The notes beneath the pieces are model-generated. The model searched no databases and had not been told where the DNA came from. It was given only the letters and a program-made list of their open reading frames with translations. A stretch of 61,640 nucleotides of DNA, filler included, from Sphacelaria rigidula (Eukaryota), in NCBI GenBank assembly GCA_964200075.2. It is 11 parts of 11 records of this genome, joined end to end, with 100 filler letters (N's around TTAATTAATTAA, not from the genome) between each part and the next. Parts side by side here need not be neighbours in the genome. Positions count along the whole stretch, not along the records: positions 11,227 to 16,739 come from CAXNAA020026715.1; positions 16,840 to 22,352 come from CAXNAA020026716.1; positions 22,453 to 27,965 come from CAXNAA020026717.1; 8 more parts are not named here. One strand, written 5' to 3'. The translations under genes and the position numbers were made by a program. Below are positions 11,430 through 23,083 of this stretch, one piece after another. Every line of letters starts with the position of its first letter. Position 1 is the first letter of the stretch.

Positions 11430-11660
11430 CTGACGAACAAAAAATAGGGCTTGCGAAACTAGGTTATGGAAGAGAAAATTGAAATTTAACGTCTATAGGT
11501 TCAGCTTGGTGACGAATAGGGCTTGCGAAACTCGGTTATAAAGAAGAAACTTGAAACTTCACGTCTCCAGGTTCAGCTCGGTGACGAATAGGGCTTGCGG
11601 TACTTGGTTATAAAGAAGAAACTTGAAACTTCACGTCTCTGGGTTCAGCTCTGTGACGTT
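11430..11660. repeat. Tandem repeat, 72-bp unit x ~3
   Basis: gtgacgaatagggcttgcgaaactcggttataaagaagaaacttgaaacttcacgtctccaggttcagctcg recurs at 11509 and 11581, with a diverged first copy. Confidence 0.85.
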
Positions 11661-11836
11661 TTCGGTCGGTAAGACCTTTCTAGCAGCAACAACGCAAACC
11701 ATGACGATCCTTCTTGAAGACATGTTGCGCTATCTTGTGGACTACGCGATGAGTGTAATCGACGGTTAAATGAAAGCGAATTCTGAAAAAGAAACGGCGG
11801 AGAGGGCAGCATCGTCCGGACTATTCGAAAGCGTAC

Positions 11837-11928
11837 CTCTCCAGAACACGTTTGCCCCTCGCATTTGAGTGATCGAAGAATCGAGTGCGCTCATCGGCGA
11901 AACTTTTTGCGGCGTGCATTTCCTCATC
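11837..11928 (-). CDS. Possible downstream CFAP58 exon (DEEMHAAKSFADERTRFFDHSNARGKRVLE)
   Basis: aacag|GAT acceptor in the expected phase 0, AG|GTACGC donor, open frame. No recognisable homology. Confidence 0.3.
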
Positions 11929-12009
11929 CTGTTCTCATGGAACTCGCGCGAAATGCTGTCAATAAACAACGTTCAAGAGCCTTGAAATCTCATCCAACCT
12001 TTCAAGCGA

Positions 12010-12860
12010 TACCCATCTGGGATATCTAGTTGGGATATGAACATCTATCTGCGATATTCATCTCTCTATGGAGTAATCCGCTGCGATCTGGACATCCATC
12101 TGGGATGTCAGATCTATCTGGGGTATTCACTTGGATACAGATATCCATCTGGGAAATGGTGTCCTCTTGGGATATCTCTATGGAACATCCGTCTGGGATA
12201 TAGATACCTATCTGGGATGTCTGCCCGGCATTCCGGATCCACCTGCGGCATCAGATCTACATGGAATATTCGCGTAAATTCACAGATAATCTTGAGCCTG
12301 GTGTGAACGGCTAGTTCTGGCTCCAAATATCGGTCCAAAATGCACGGGTAATGTCATGAATGGATATTCCGGATGAATATTCCGGATGGATACCCCAGAT
12401 GGACAATCCGAATGGAAACCCCAGATGGGTATTCCAGGTGGATATTCCAGATGGGTATTCCAGGCAGATATTCCAGATGGGTATTCCAGATGGATACTTC
12501 AAATAGATACTCCAAATGGATAGCCCAGAGGAATATCTTGGATGTATGTCGCTGGTGATAATCCCAGATGAACACTGCAGATGGATATTCCAGATGAATG
12601 TCCCATGTAAACATTCCAGGTAGATATTTCAGATATATCTGGTAGTCGAGATGAGGTAGATATTTCAGATATATCTGGCAGTCCAGATGAATGTCCCGGA
12701 TGGGTATCTCATGTGGACTTCGACATCCCAGGCGGATATCCCAGATTAATCTAATATCCAAGGTGGATATCCCAAACGGGTATCCCAGGTAGATATCTCA
12801 GACGAATATCTCCATTGATATCCCGGATTGATATCTAAGATGGATATCTGAATCCTGGAC
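12010..12860. repeat. Degenerate ~12-bp unit array in two opposing orientations (foldback-like)
   Basis: CCATCTGGGATA-type units at 12010-12270 and their reverse complement TATCCCAGATGG-type units at 12355-12860. Confidence 0.8.
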
Positions 12861-13470
12861 AGGGGATGCACGATTGTGCACGTCCGAGCAATATTCGAAC
12901 AGGATAGGTTTATTGAGAAAACTCTCAACCTTGGAGAGTCAATGTGCTCCACCAAATAAATCAACACAATTCAGCTTGATTACCGTCCGAGATTGCAGAG
13001 CTTGATTAACGTTCGAAATTGCAGTAACAGGGTCATCAGGTAACTATCTGGTATTGAAAAGAAGGTGTTGCTCACCTATCTTAGGCCATGGTGAGGTTTC
13101 GAATATTTTCAGGGATGCTTTTTCAATGGTGTTGGCCAATGGAGAGAAAAAATTCTACTGCTTCCACTGCGGTTCCGGGTGATGAAATTCGAGCTGAGAA
13201 AGTACATGTACGCTGTGAAATGGGGAAAACATTATTTAGTGACCTAATGCGTGGAAAATTCATCAGGTAGACACTCAGTCTGTTTCTCTTGCAGTCCCAG
13301 ACTGTAATCAAAAGGTGCTCATGTTTTCACACGACTTTATGACGGTCGGGGGATAATGCCATTCGACTGCTCCGTTGATCAAGTGAGTGAATGATGATTT
13401 TGTTTCCATAGCATACGGTATGTGGTCAAGTACTATGTCGTCAGTCGGGTAGTTGCTTCGGCTCACTCAC

Positions 13471-13560
13471 CTGTTCTCGTCGCTTGTGCTCGTAGTGCTT
13501 TCGCTTGGCGTCCTGCAACTCTCGCGTCAGTCGCTCCATTTCGTACTTGAAGTCATTCAC
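13471..13560 (-). CDS. CFAP58: CFAP58 exon 4 of 4 seen (VNDFKYEMERLTRELQDAKRKHYEHKRREQ)
   Basis: 90 bp, tag|GTG...CAG|GTGAGT, phase 0. Matches the conserved CFAP58/CCDC147 C-terminus. Confidence 0.9.
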
Positions 13561-14761
13561 CTACCCGTTTGCAGTAAAATAGAGTTCGAAATGAAAGTAC
13601 ACGTGACAAACCGTTTTCCCGCCCAATGCACGTGTTCGAGAGGAGGATAGGATCATATCATAAATAACTCTTACGGTGAGGGTTGGGGAGGAAGCACAGC
13701 CGACATGCATATGTACGTATCACGCGTCGGACTGAACCAAGTCGGTTTTGAGGGAACACGAGGTATCAGAAGCACAAAATTATTGCCTCTTACTCGGCCA
13801 GCTACATTCACATTCGACAAATAAAATATCCCTATACCGCATGAGTTGAACGCGATCGATTCGCTTGCTTTTGTCTTCATCAATGCTCGGGCAGCGGCGG
13901 AAGAACGCAAGGCACGGCACGTGGTGTCGGTTTCCTCGCGCAACCACACGCACTTTTTTTTTATCGTTCGATTGCGTTCAGTATGGATGGATCTGGTCGC
14001 TGAGCGGGGGTGGAGAATTACTTCATTTTTTTCTAACAATTTATTTCCATTAACAAATAAATATATATTTTGCTCTCAATCCTCCTCGTCATTCGAGGGT
14101 AAAGTATGTGTAGTCGCGTAATCCCGTCGATAGCAAGGGATGGTATGACCTCGAATTCCGCTCAATGGCGCTTGTCGTACGTAGCTATTACAGCAATTTA
14201 TCCACGTTTGACTACGCACGAATGTTCAAAGTCCATTTCCGCTTCTATGTGCCGCGTACTCTATACACAACACGGCGAACAGCGACCTGCTTGCCATATA
14301 TGATGATAAATAGATGAATAATGGTTGCGCCGAGAATGTCCCCATATTGTTTCACCTAATGAAAACACCCACACATTCATCTTCGCGTTTGTCTGGCATA
14401 CGACGTGAAAATACGCATCACGTCATGCGTTGCTCACGTTGTCGCCCAACAAAGATATCTGCTGTGAATGGCTAACTGTCCACCCCGCATACAATGGTAA
14501 ATAGACTAAGGTATACACACACACACGCGTGCGTGCAGATTCTCCGCCCGGCTATAGTCTTATGATCCTGCATGTGATGGTGGCTGAGATAGGCACGTAC
14601 ACGGATGGTTGCTAAAACCGGGTATTCCGAAAGCATATCAGGCAGAATCTTGGCTAGCCGAATGATGATCCTTGTATGGTGTTTCCTCATCTGAGATTCA
14701 CCCTTGATCATCACACCCTGTAGACAATGGCGAGAGTATAACACAAAGGTCGATTACCCAC

Positions 14762-14869
14762 CTGCGCCTGGTACATGTTGAGCTCGGATGCCATCGCCTT
14801 CATTTGTCTGGTTTTCTCCTTGAGGCTCGCCTGGTATACCGACAGTTGCTCCGCTACCTCCGGACCCGG
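14762..14869 (-). CDS. CFAP58: CFAP58 exon 3 of 4 seen (PGPEVAEQLSVYQASLKEKTRQMKAMASELNMYQAQ)
   Basis: 108 bp, ttgcag|CCG...CAG|GTGGGT. Conserved PGPE..EQL and SELNMY motifs. Confidence 0.92.
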
Positions 14870-15493
14870 CTGCAACAAATAACGTCAAGAGATGATGACC
14901 ATGAAAAGGTAAGATAATGGTGAGGTGCGTGGTGCACCCGGAAGAATATTGCATAATAACGCGCCAAGGCATTGAAATGTCGCCACGTGTGGGCAGCTAT
15001 GGAGATTTGAATGGGTGGGGGATGAGAATTAAGTACGTCGAAGCACCCCGATGGATCCATCCTCACGTCAAGGGGCGTGCGAATTGTTTATGGAAAAGTG
15101 GCTTCTTCTGACGACGGTTTGGGTTGAAGCAACCGGCACCGTCTGCCATGAGATGGTACTTGTGAATTATCCGCGATCTTTACCTTCCAGAGTAACAATG
15201 ATAGTATGTTTCGGATCCGCCGCTGCCTGGAGCAACGCCTCAGACTAGCACCTTCTTTCCTGCAATACCTTTTGTACCCCCACGACCCTTGCCGGGATTG
15301 TCTCACACGGAGCGACGAGCGGACGGCTACAGAGATCTGTACGATTAGTCTAGTTTTTATACGGCGATGGTCGAGTGTTTACACCTCGATAGAGGTGTTT
15401 GCGATGAAAAAAAAGAAGTCGTTAGAAGCCGAGGAACTTTTGGCTTGTAATAAAGAACGCTTCCTTTGTACATCACGCGCTGCTCGATATGAC

Positions 15494-15588
15494 ATATCTA
15501 TATCTATATCTATATCTATGTTTATATCAATATCACTATATATCTTTGTATTTGTATATCTACATCTACATCTATATCTATACATCTA
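15494..15588. repeat. (TATATC)n-like simple repeat in a CFAP58 intron
   Basis: Direct inspection. Confidence 0.85.
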
Positions 15589-15765
15589 TGTTGGTCGTGT
15601 GATCATACGTGCGTGCACACTCGGTCGAGAATATGGGCTGGACATGGAGCAAATAAAAAATATTGTCATGTGCCAAAGGTAGAGCCTCTGATGATTACGT
15701 TGATCAAAACGATGGCAGGTAAACGGCACGGCGGGGGGGGATTTGACGCTTCAACTGCACTGTGC

Positions 15766-15840
15766 CTGTCTTGCGAGAATGTCCTTCATCTCCTTGTAGA
15801 GCTTCTCCTTCTCCTGAAGTAACAAGTCCCTCTCCACCAC
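15766..15840 (-). CDS. CFAP58: CFAP58 exon 2 of 4 seen (VVERDLLLQEKEKLYKEMKDILARQ), GC donor
   Basis: 75 bp, gattag|GTG. A GC donor (CAG|GCACAG) gives the conserved LARQ|PGPE junction. Confidence 0.9.
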
Positions 15841-16330
15841 CTAATCAAGCATGTGCCGGGTGGGCGCGCGCCGAGAGAGACGAGGAACCGGAGGGTTGAA
15901 GCGCGAAGAAAAACTTGAGAAGAGCAACTCAAGAAGAACAACTTAAGCGCGTTTTCAATTTATCCAAACAAATCCTCGTTCCGGACGCGGACAAACCACC
16001 TGGACGGACCGTTGTTTTGGTCGAGGTTTTACATATTTGGTATGCGCAGCATGGAATGATAAAATCTTCGGGTTTAATAAATGGACCATTGGAACACCTA
16101 TCCCCCTCGCACCCCTCTGTGTGTGGCTTCGTCTTTATCGCCGTGTCTATCCCTGACTGTCTCTATCCCTGCCTGTCTGCCTGCCTGTCTGAATACCCCT
16201 ACTCTGTCTGCCTCTTTACCTGCCTTTGTCGGTCCCATACTGCCCCCCCTTACCCCCTCTCCCTCCATCCGCCACGTTTTCTTCCTGCCCGCACACACGC
16301 ACACTGGGGTATGAAAAAAAAACCTCGCAC

Positions 16331-16483
16331 CTCTTCAGTCTTGGCTATGAGGCGTTTTTGAAGTGTGTGGATCTTTTGGATCATCTCGAACGTTGTTGGA
16401 TCGCTGCCCTCTAGCTTCCGCCAACGATGCACGTTCATCGGGTTTTCTAGCTCCTCGCTCAGTGCCTTCACTTTGGTTTTTTC
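16331..16483 (-). CDS. CFAP58: CFAP58 exon 1 of 4 seen (EKTKVKALSEELENPMNVHRWRKLEGSDPTTFEMIQKIHTLQKRLIAKTEE)
   Basis: 153 bp, cccag|GAA...GAG|GTGCGA. ELENPxNVHRWRKLE is the CFAP58/FAP189 signature. Confidence 0.93.
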
Positions 16484-16569
16484 CTGGGTGACACATGTCA
16501 AACACAACGTCCATAATCACACGACAGCACGATAGGGCTTGAGGTTTCCGACTGGTACCCAGAGAACTG

Positions 16570-16739
16570 GTGGGGGGGAAGGTATATTCATTTGGTGGTA
16601 GCCTTAGTCGTTTGACCATTGACCGTGGATCCCTTTCGAGGCGGAGCATGGCGACATACCGGGGGGGGGGCGTACTCATTTGTTGCTTGCCTTCGTCATT
16701 TGACCATTGCCCACGCATCCCTTTCGAGACGGAGCACCC
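16570..16739 (-). mobile_element. Two stacked LINE 3'-end fragments
   Basis: Copies at ~16570-16648 and ~16661-16739 of tgctccgtctcgaaaggga...aacaaatgagtacg(c)n. Confidence 0.85.
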
Positions 16740-16839
16740 NNNNNNNNNNNNNNNNNNNNNNNNNNNNNNNNNNNNNNNNNNNNTTAATTAATTAANNNNN
16801 NNNNNNNNNNNNNNNNNNNNNNNNNNNNNNNNNNNNNNN

Positions 16840-17269
16840 ACCTATTGATTACGGCAATGGCTATCGATGTATACAACCCAGAATCTATTGCGGTACACCA
16901 TTTCCATCGATGGCGAGTGATCTTCATATATTGTGATTGTCATAGGCTATCGATCGACTATTGCAACATCTATTGTTCCTTGCAATGCATATCAATGGAT
17001 GCCTTTCACCATCTATCGTGTTCGATAATATATATCGATACATTTTCCCCCGTGTCTATTGCTGAAGCAATGAACTATTTTTGTGTCCATTGTCCAGGGT
17101 GTGGTATTTTGGCGCCATTGTTCGAAAAGGAAGTAAGACGTTCATTTTCGGCACCAGCACCGTCTGCGTTGTACCTTTTCATTAAACCTGACTGGAGCAT
17201 CGTCACTGAAACCGTTACACCCAAAAGTCTACCTACCCATAATCAAGCAGACTTATGGGACAGAGGAAG
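16840..17269. mobile_element. Right end of a Stowaway/Tc1-mariner-like element
   Basis: Ends in cttatgggacagaggaag|TA, the same terminus as 54877-55418. Short ctattg/ctatcg subterminal repeats upstream. Confidence 0.6.
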
Positions 17270-17395
17270 TATGTGTTCTACTTAGATTGCCTTCAGTCAT
17301 GTACGCGCACCTCTGCACTCCCACCACACGCCTAGGGTCTCCTCGTGACCTGTACATTCATACTGCACTCACCAGTTGATGACGATTGATGGCGT

Positions 17396-17795
17396 GTGCT
17401 TGTATCGGGCGAATCTCTGCTCTCTCCGCTGCCCAGCTTCCGCCCTTTGCGTTTCCTCCTCGACCAATACAGCCTCGGCTGGTGAGCTATCCACTGGAGA
17501 GAAGGTGGTCTCGTCGACAGTGGCGTGCTCTTTCTGCAATAAGCTTGCAGAGGAAGAGAACACGAGCAGTGAGGTGACACCATACATATGACGAGGTGAC
17601 ATAAAATATGGTGTCACCTCGCAGCTCGTGTTCTCTTCCTCTACAAGAGTCTTGCAGTGAGAGCAAGCAACTCTCGGCGAGACCGCCTTCTCTCCAGTGA
17701 ATAGCTCACCAGCCGAGGCTGTATTGGTCGAGGAGGAAACGCAAAGGGCGGAAGCTGGGCAGCGGAGAGAGCAGAGATTCGCTCGACACGAGCAC
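17396..17795. repeat. Long inverted repeat (189-bp arms, 22-nt loop), with a third diverged copy at 17881-18096
   Basis: 17396-17584 is the near reverse complement of 17607-17795. A direct repeat catgtacg.gcacctctgcactcccaccacacgc lies at ~17299 and ~17800. Confidence 0.92.
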
Positions 17796-20700
17796 ATTTC
17801 ATGTACGTGCACCTCTGCACTCCCACCACACGCGTAGGATCGCTTTGTGATCTGTACGTTACTGCACTATCAGCACGCGGTATATGATGTCACCTCGTTG
17901 CTCGCGTTTGAATCTCCGAGGAGGCACTTGCAGATAGAGCAAGCGCAAGGCGGCGAGACCGCCTTCTCCCCGGCCGACAACTCAGCAGCCGAGCCTGTAT
18001 CAGTCGAGGAGGGAACGCAAAGGGCCGAAGTTAAGAACAGGAGAGAAGACAGACTCGCTCGACACAGGCAGACGCCATCGACCGTGATCAACTGGTGCTA
18101 CCAACGGCACTACTGTGAATCCTGTATAGCACAACCCCTCGGCACGCAGCCCATCAGACGTGTCACGTTAACAAGATGGTCATTGTGGCCCACGATCAAA
18201 TGCCTCAGGTCATTCATCACCCACTTCTCCACCAGAGACGACACACACTTCGACAAACAGATCCTATCAGTACGTTCCCGGTACCAAGTTGTGATGGACG
18301 GGTGCCGCTGAGATGAGAGCGGTTCGACCGTGAACATCGATCCAACAAAACGTAATAGCCCAGGCACGGACCCTTGCTCGATACCCACTCTGACATGAAC
18401 GTATGCAACAAAGTCGCTTTCGTCTCACCGAATTTCCAGCTCGGTGCGCTCGGGAGCTTGTTCTCAATGAATGAGGATCTGCCGGTGTCGTTGCGCCTCA
18501 AAGCAGATGTGGGACTTGCGACGGAGATCATTGTATCTCCGGACCGTTTTGTGCTCTCTTTTGGATGCCAACGGACCAAAACGACGGGTTCGGATGCGTA
18601 TGCGTACAGCATGTGTAGTTGGGGGGAAAGTTGGTCAGGTCAAGTGGCACAGCAGGTCTCACCGTATGCAATGTGAGACTTTCAAAACCATGGCAATTTT
18701 GAACAACTGTACTGTGGACTGTGTACTGTGAACCATGAAATATGCCGTGAGCTGTGTCCTATTCTACTCTGTAGGTGCCCCGCACCGAGCTGACGTCTCG
18801 CTCACATATATGCGGCCAACAAGGTGTCATGTCAACATGAACATGAGTATTCATCCCCTTGGTGCCGAAGCTCATCAGAGTAGGGCAGCGTGTGCACTGC
18901 GCCAAGTTGAGAGGGGGTTTCAGTGGATCGGACCTTCACACTACCTTGAGCAAAGCTAGCGAATGCTCGAGGCGCCTATCCCACATTACCGGCGCGAGGG
19001 AGTCTAGTCGAGCCTACGGGTAATAAGCACACGAATTCGCTTGCGGGGTATGTGCTGGGTCAGGTTTCCTCCTTCCTCAAAGGGAAAAACAAATAACTAT
19101 ACACAATCCCCGGGGTGTGCGTGCAAGTACATACGGCGATCTGTATCAGGTAGGAGTAGAGGCTCTCCTCTGCAGGAAGTAAGTAGCCAGTAGTGAATGC
19201 ACTTACAAAAACGTCTCGCCGCACTCTTTCCTGGTATATGGCGTTATAGAAAAACATAAATCGGAGGTAGCACGCTATGAAACGCACACGATGACGATGG
19301 CGTCGTGGCTGCCACCGCTGGGAGGCTGATGATTCCAGCAGTTCGTTGATTAACGATGCACGCTCGATGAACACGTGCTGCATCCATGGCGAATGAATCA
19401 AGAAGTGCACCGCAGACAGGGTATCCGCATTTGTGGTTCATTTCAAAGCCGATTTTCCGATACCAGCACGAATAACCAGTTCCGTCGGGAAGCCTGGAAC
19501 AGGACCTCAAATTATGCAATTCCATATCTTCGAATCTAGCAGTATGATACACCCCTGTCCGTGCAATTCATACGCGTCATCGCTTGCTTAGAGAGCCGAA
19601 CAAACTGACAAAGTTACCACGTTGCCCCCGAAAGAGTGATTTCAAAGACCATTCCGCAACTGTGAAGCCTGCTACAGGCAGTAGATGGCAAAGAAATGCA
19701 CGCAACGCAACACTAGAGCAATGTTTGCACTCGCGGAGTGTGGGTATGGGCCCGCGTTATCGCAAACGGCAACGAATGCTACATGCATTACACAGGTAAC
19801 AGAATTCAGCGGCAAAGCCGCTCGAAAGGTGCTCCGAAACGTGCTCCTGTACAGGCTCTAAAACAAGGCGTGAAGACTAGACGTAGCTCGACGCCACAGC
19901 CACCATTCAACCGCGAATTTTCTGCACACATCCGGTACACACCTACAGTACATTTGCACGATTCCTCTTGTCGAAGCATGGGACTCCAGATTACTCACGA
20001 AGATACGGTCACGTCCGGAAACCCTCCTCCATTTTTTATTTCGGGGGAATTCAACCTTTCATTTCAGACGTCGGGCACGTGTCTTCGTTCTCCACGGTGT
20101 TTGACTTTCATTGATTCCACTTGCTGTGCGGTCAACATTCCGCATGCGGGGATAAAACAGATATTTCGATGCCGTCAGCGACCGACAAATGCGACGCTTC
20201 CATCAATGTCTCGTCACGTCAGGGTGACAGTACTGTATACACGTTTGTTTCCAGGGACCCAACCAGTAGTTTGGCTTACCCTTCACAAGCTGCCGTGCTG
20301 TGGCCCTCCCATCTCTGTGGATGTTCTACTTATGCCAAAGATTTATCCAACATGACAAACTGAAAGGAGCTGGATGCTGCTGGCGATGGAAGACTGAAGA
20401 GCTCCATGAAATGGGTCTACGTGGCTGGCTACGGTAGTTGAAATAGTACCTCCCTACTTGTAAAACAGGGTATGAGAAACAGATTGCTTGGTACACTAAG
20501 GTGTATGGTAGGGGGTTCACGTGCTTTGCTTTGATCAGTAATTAATCTCGTTACGATGTTGGTGGAGAAGCGAACATGAAAAAAGGAGGAGAAGGGGGGG
20601 TGTCACGAATACATGTTACACTATACTACACTCGCCACCCCCAACCCTCGGACACTGCAGCATACCAAGAATATTGCCTGTAGAGCCTGGTATCACTGTG

Positions 20701-22277
20701 AAAACGGGGGGTTGTATTATGTCTATATATACCCCCCTCCCCCCAAAACAAAACATATACTACGGTTAAGTCATGAAAGTTGATGTATTTGTAGTCAAGT
20801 TCATATCACAGGTGGTTTCAAAATATCGCTGTCAATGCGATGCCGTGTATTCAAGGTATATCATAGATCACGTTGCACACTACACATATATTGATCACGG
20901 TATATCACCTGACATCTGGCCTATAGAATACATAGTGCGGTATAGTTCGCGTTTTCTGTGACGATCTTGCCTACATGTTCGAACCACCGTGTCATATCAG
21001 CACTTGCTAATAGTTGGGACCTGTGCCACACTGCCGGTTGGAGTGATGCCTCCACCAAAAGTACCTGCTCCGCTAGCTTATTCTATTGAATGATTGATCT
21101 GTGATGATATACAAGCAGCGGTAGCATCGCGATAAGGCACCACGAGCATGTGTACGTATGTTGTACTACCAGCCCCGAAATCGCAACGGTACGGTGTTCC
21201 ACAACCTCCGGGATCACAAAAGACCGACGCGTCGTGAGTTGTGAGTCCAGTTACTGTGTCGATGCAGAGAGACTCGCGAGCTATTTCCCGGGAGAAAGGG
21301 GCGTGGTCGTTGTGGCATTCGTGAACGGCAAATGAGCGGGAAAAGAGCCGAATGCGTGGGCGCCATGGTTGAAGTTGGCGCGTAGACTCCCTTGCGCGCG
21401 ATGTGCCGCATCAGGTACAGTGTAGAGAGCGATGGCCTAGCACAGGTACGTTCTTGGTCGATCGGTGGCCCAGATAAGGTACGATTGAAAAAGAATCCCT
21501 AGATCAGGTATACCTGGGCGAAATTTGGCCTACAAAAGGCAAGCGGTTTCTGGAGGCGAAAAGTCCGTTTTCGCGTGGCCATGCCTCTCGAGTAAGAGTT
21601 TTTTTTCCGTTTTTTTTCGGGGCTCGGGTGCCAATGGCCCCCCCCGAGTGATTGTTGTTGTTGTTGTCGTCTTCACATGAAAAACCGTCCCGATATCTGC
21701 GCGGTACATTCGTACTGGGCATCTAATGCGGACGCCTTCCGTGGTCACAGGCTAGCAAAAAAACAGAAGAGACCCAGATTCAAACTCACAAAACGCGATA
21801 CAAGCAAAACAGGGATAAATAGTGAAGAAGAAAGGGAATACATGTGGCTAACCTCAGAAGATCCGGTGCCGCAGGTTGCCATTCGGACTTCAGGGGGTGG
21901 CACCCGGCTTTCCAACTCGACGCGCGACGCCAAGTAGAAAAAAAAACACAGGGTCCGACTACGGGCGAGATTCAAGGCCCCAAATACCGCCAACCGAAGA
22001 ATTAAGAATCGCAAGATTCCATATTTCGGCCTCTCGAGGGGCAGCCATACGTACAAGCATACCAGGCGTATCAAGACAAGCACTGCATGACATAACGACA
22101 CCCCTCATCGGGGGGTTCACCCCTACCCCCCCCTTCTCTGGATCGTTGTCATTGGTGATGTGTGTAAAAATTCGGAACGAAAACGGTCCAAATGGCGTGT
22201 TTCGCTGTTTTCGCGTTTCTGGCCATTTTCGTACCTTTCGTAGGTAAGAAACGAAAATGTATAGCTTTTCTAGGCTA

Positions 22278-22352
22278 TTGTGTGTGTGTTGTCGTCCCAT
22301 TTATTCTGGGCGCCGGTCTACACCTTTCGGTATATGTGGGCGCATCAGCCGG
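22278..22352 (-). mobile_element. SINE family 1, 3' tail fragment
   Basis: tgtgtgtgttgtcgtc..gccggtctacacctttcggt matches the tail of 44957-45301. Confidence 0.8.
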
Positions 22353-22452
22353 NNNNNNNNNNNNNNNNNNNNNNNNNNNNNNNNNNNNNNNNNNNNTTAA
22401 TTAATTAANNNNNNNNNNNNNNNNNNNNNNNNNNNNNNNNNNNNNNNNNNNN

Positions 22453-22510
22453 CAGACATCGTTAAGGGCTCGTACAAACATAACGATACAGACTTATGGG
22501 ACAGAGGAAG
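22453..22510. mobile_element. Stowaway-like TIR end
   Basis: ...gacttatgggacagaggaag|TA; near reverse complement of 55967-56024. Confidence 0.8.
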
Positions 22511-22960
22511 TATGAGATTGAGTGAACCCCCCACACACCCCTGAATAAATTCAGAATTCAAGGGGCATAGGGTCTGGGATTTTTGTTTTGGGCACCCTTG
22601 CCCTCCCCAGAAAAAAGCGACCGTGGTTTTCTTCGTCTTCTCTTTCTTCCCCGGAATATATACATATTTGGCTTTAATTTCCCCCATACATCAGGCTAAT
22701 TATTTCTTCTAAATTTCAGTGAAACGAGCCAAATCATCGACAACAAAAAAACGTAGTGAAGGGTTTCAAATGGTCGATGTTCTCTTCCCCCAAATATTCT
22801 CCCGGCTGACTCGCAGCAGTATCCAAGAGGAAGATTAAGACCATGACTTAGTCATTCTCCAGATAAGACTGGACACGTCAAATCACTCACGAACGAATCG
22901 TCAAAAAAATCATTTTGAACGCCAAATAAAGCGCGACTTCCCCCCCCCCACCCCCCCCGC

Positions 22961-22992
<32 letters not shown>

Positions 22993-23049
22993 CACNNNNN
23001 NNNNNAACAAAACTTAAAAAAAAAAATTTTTAAACCAAAAAAAACCGCG

Positions 23050-23083
<34 letters not shown>

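Noticed and set aside
11430..11660. Hammerhead ribozyme in the 72-bp repeat (CTGACGA...GAAAC), and similarly at ~23531
   Set aside because: No stem II can form between the motifs, and the later copies read GTGACGA rather than CTGANGA.
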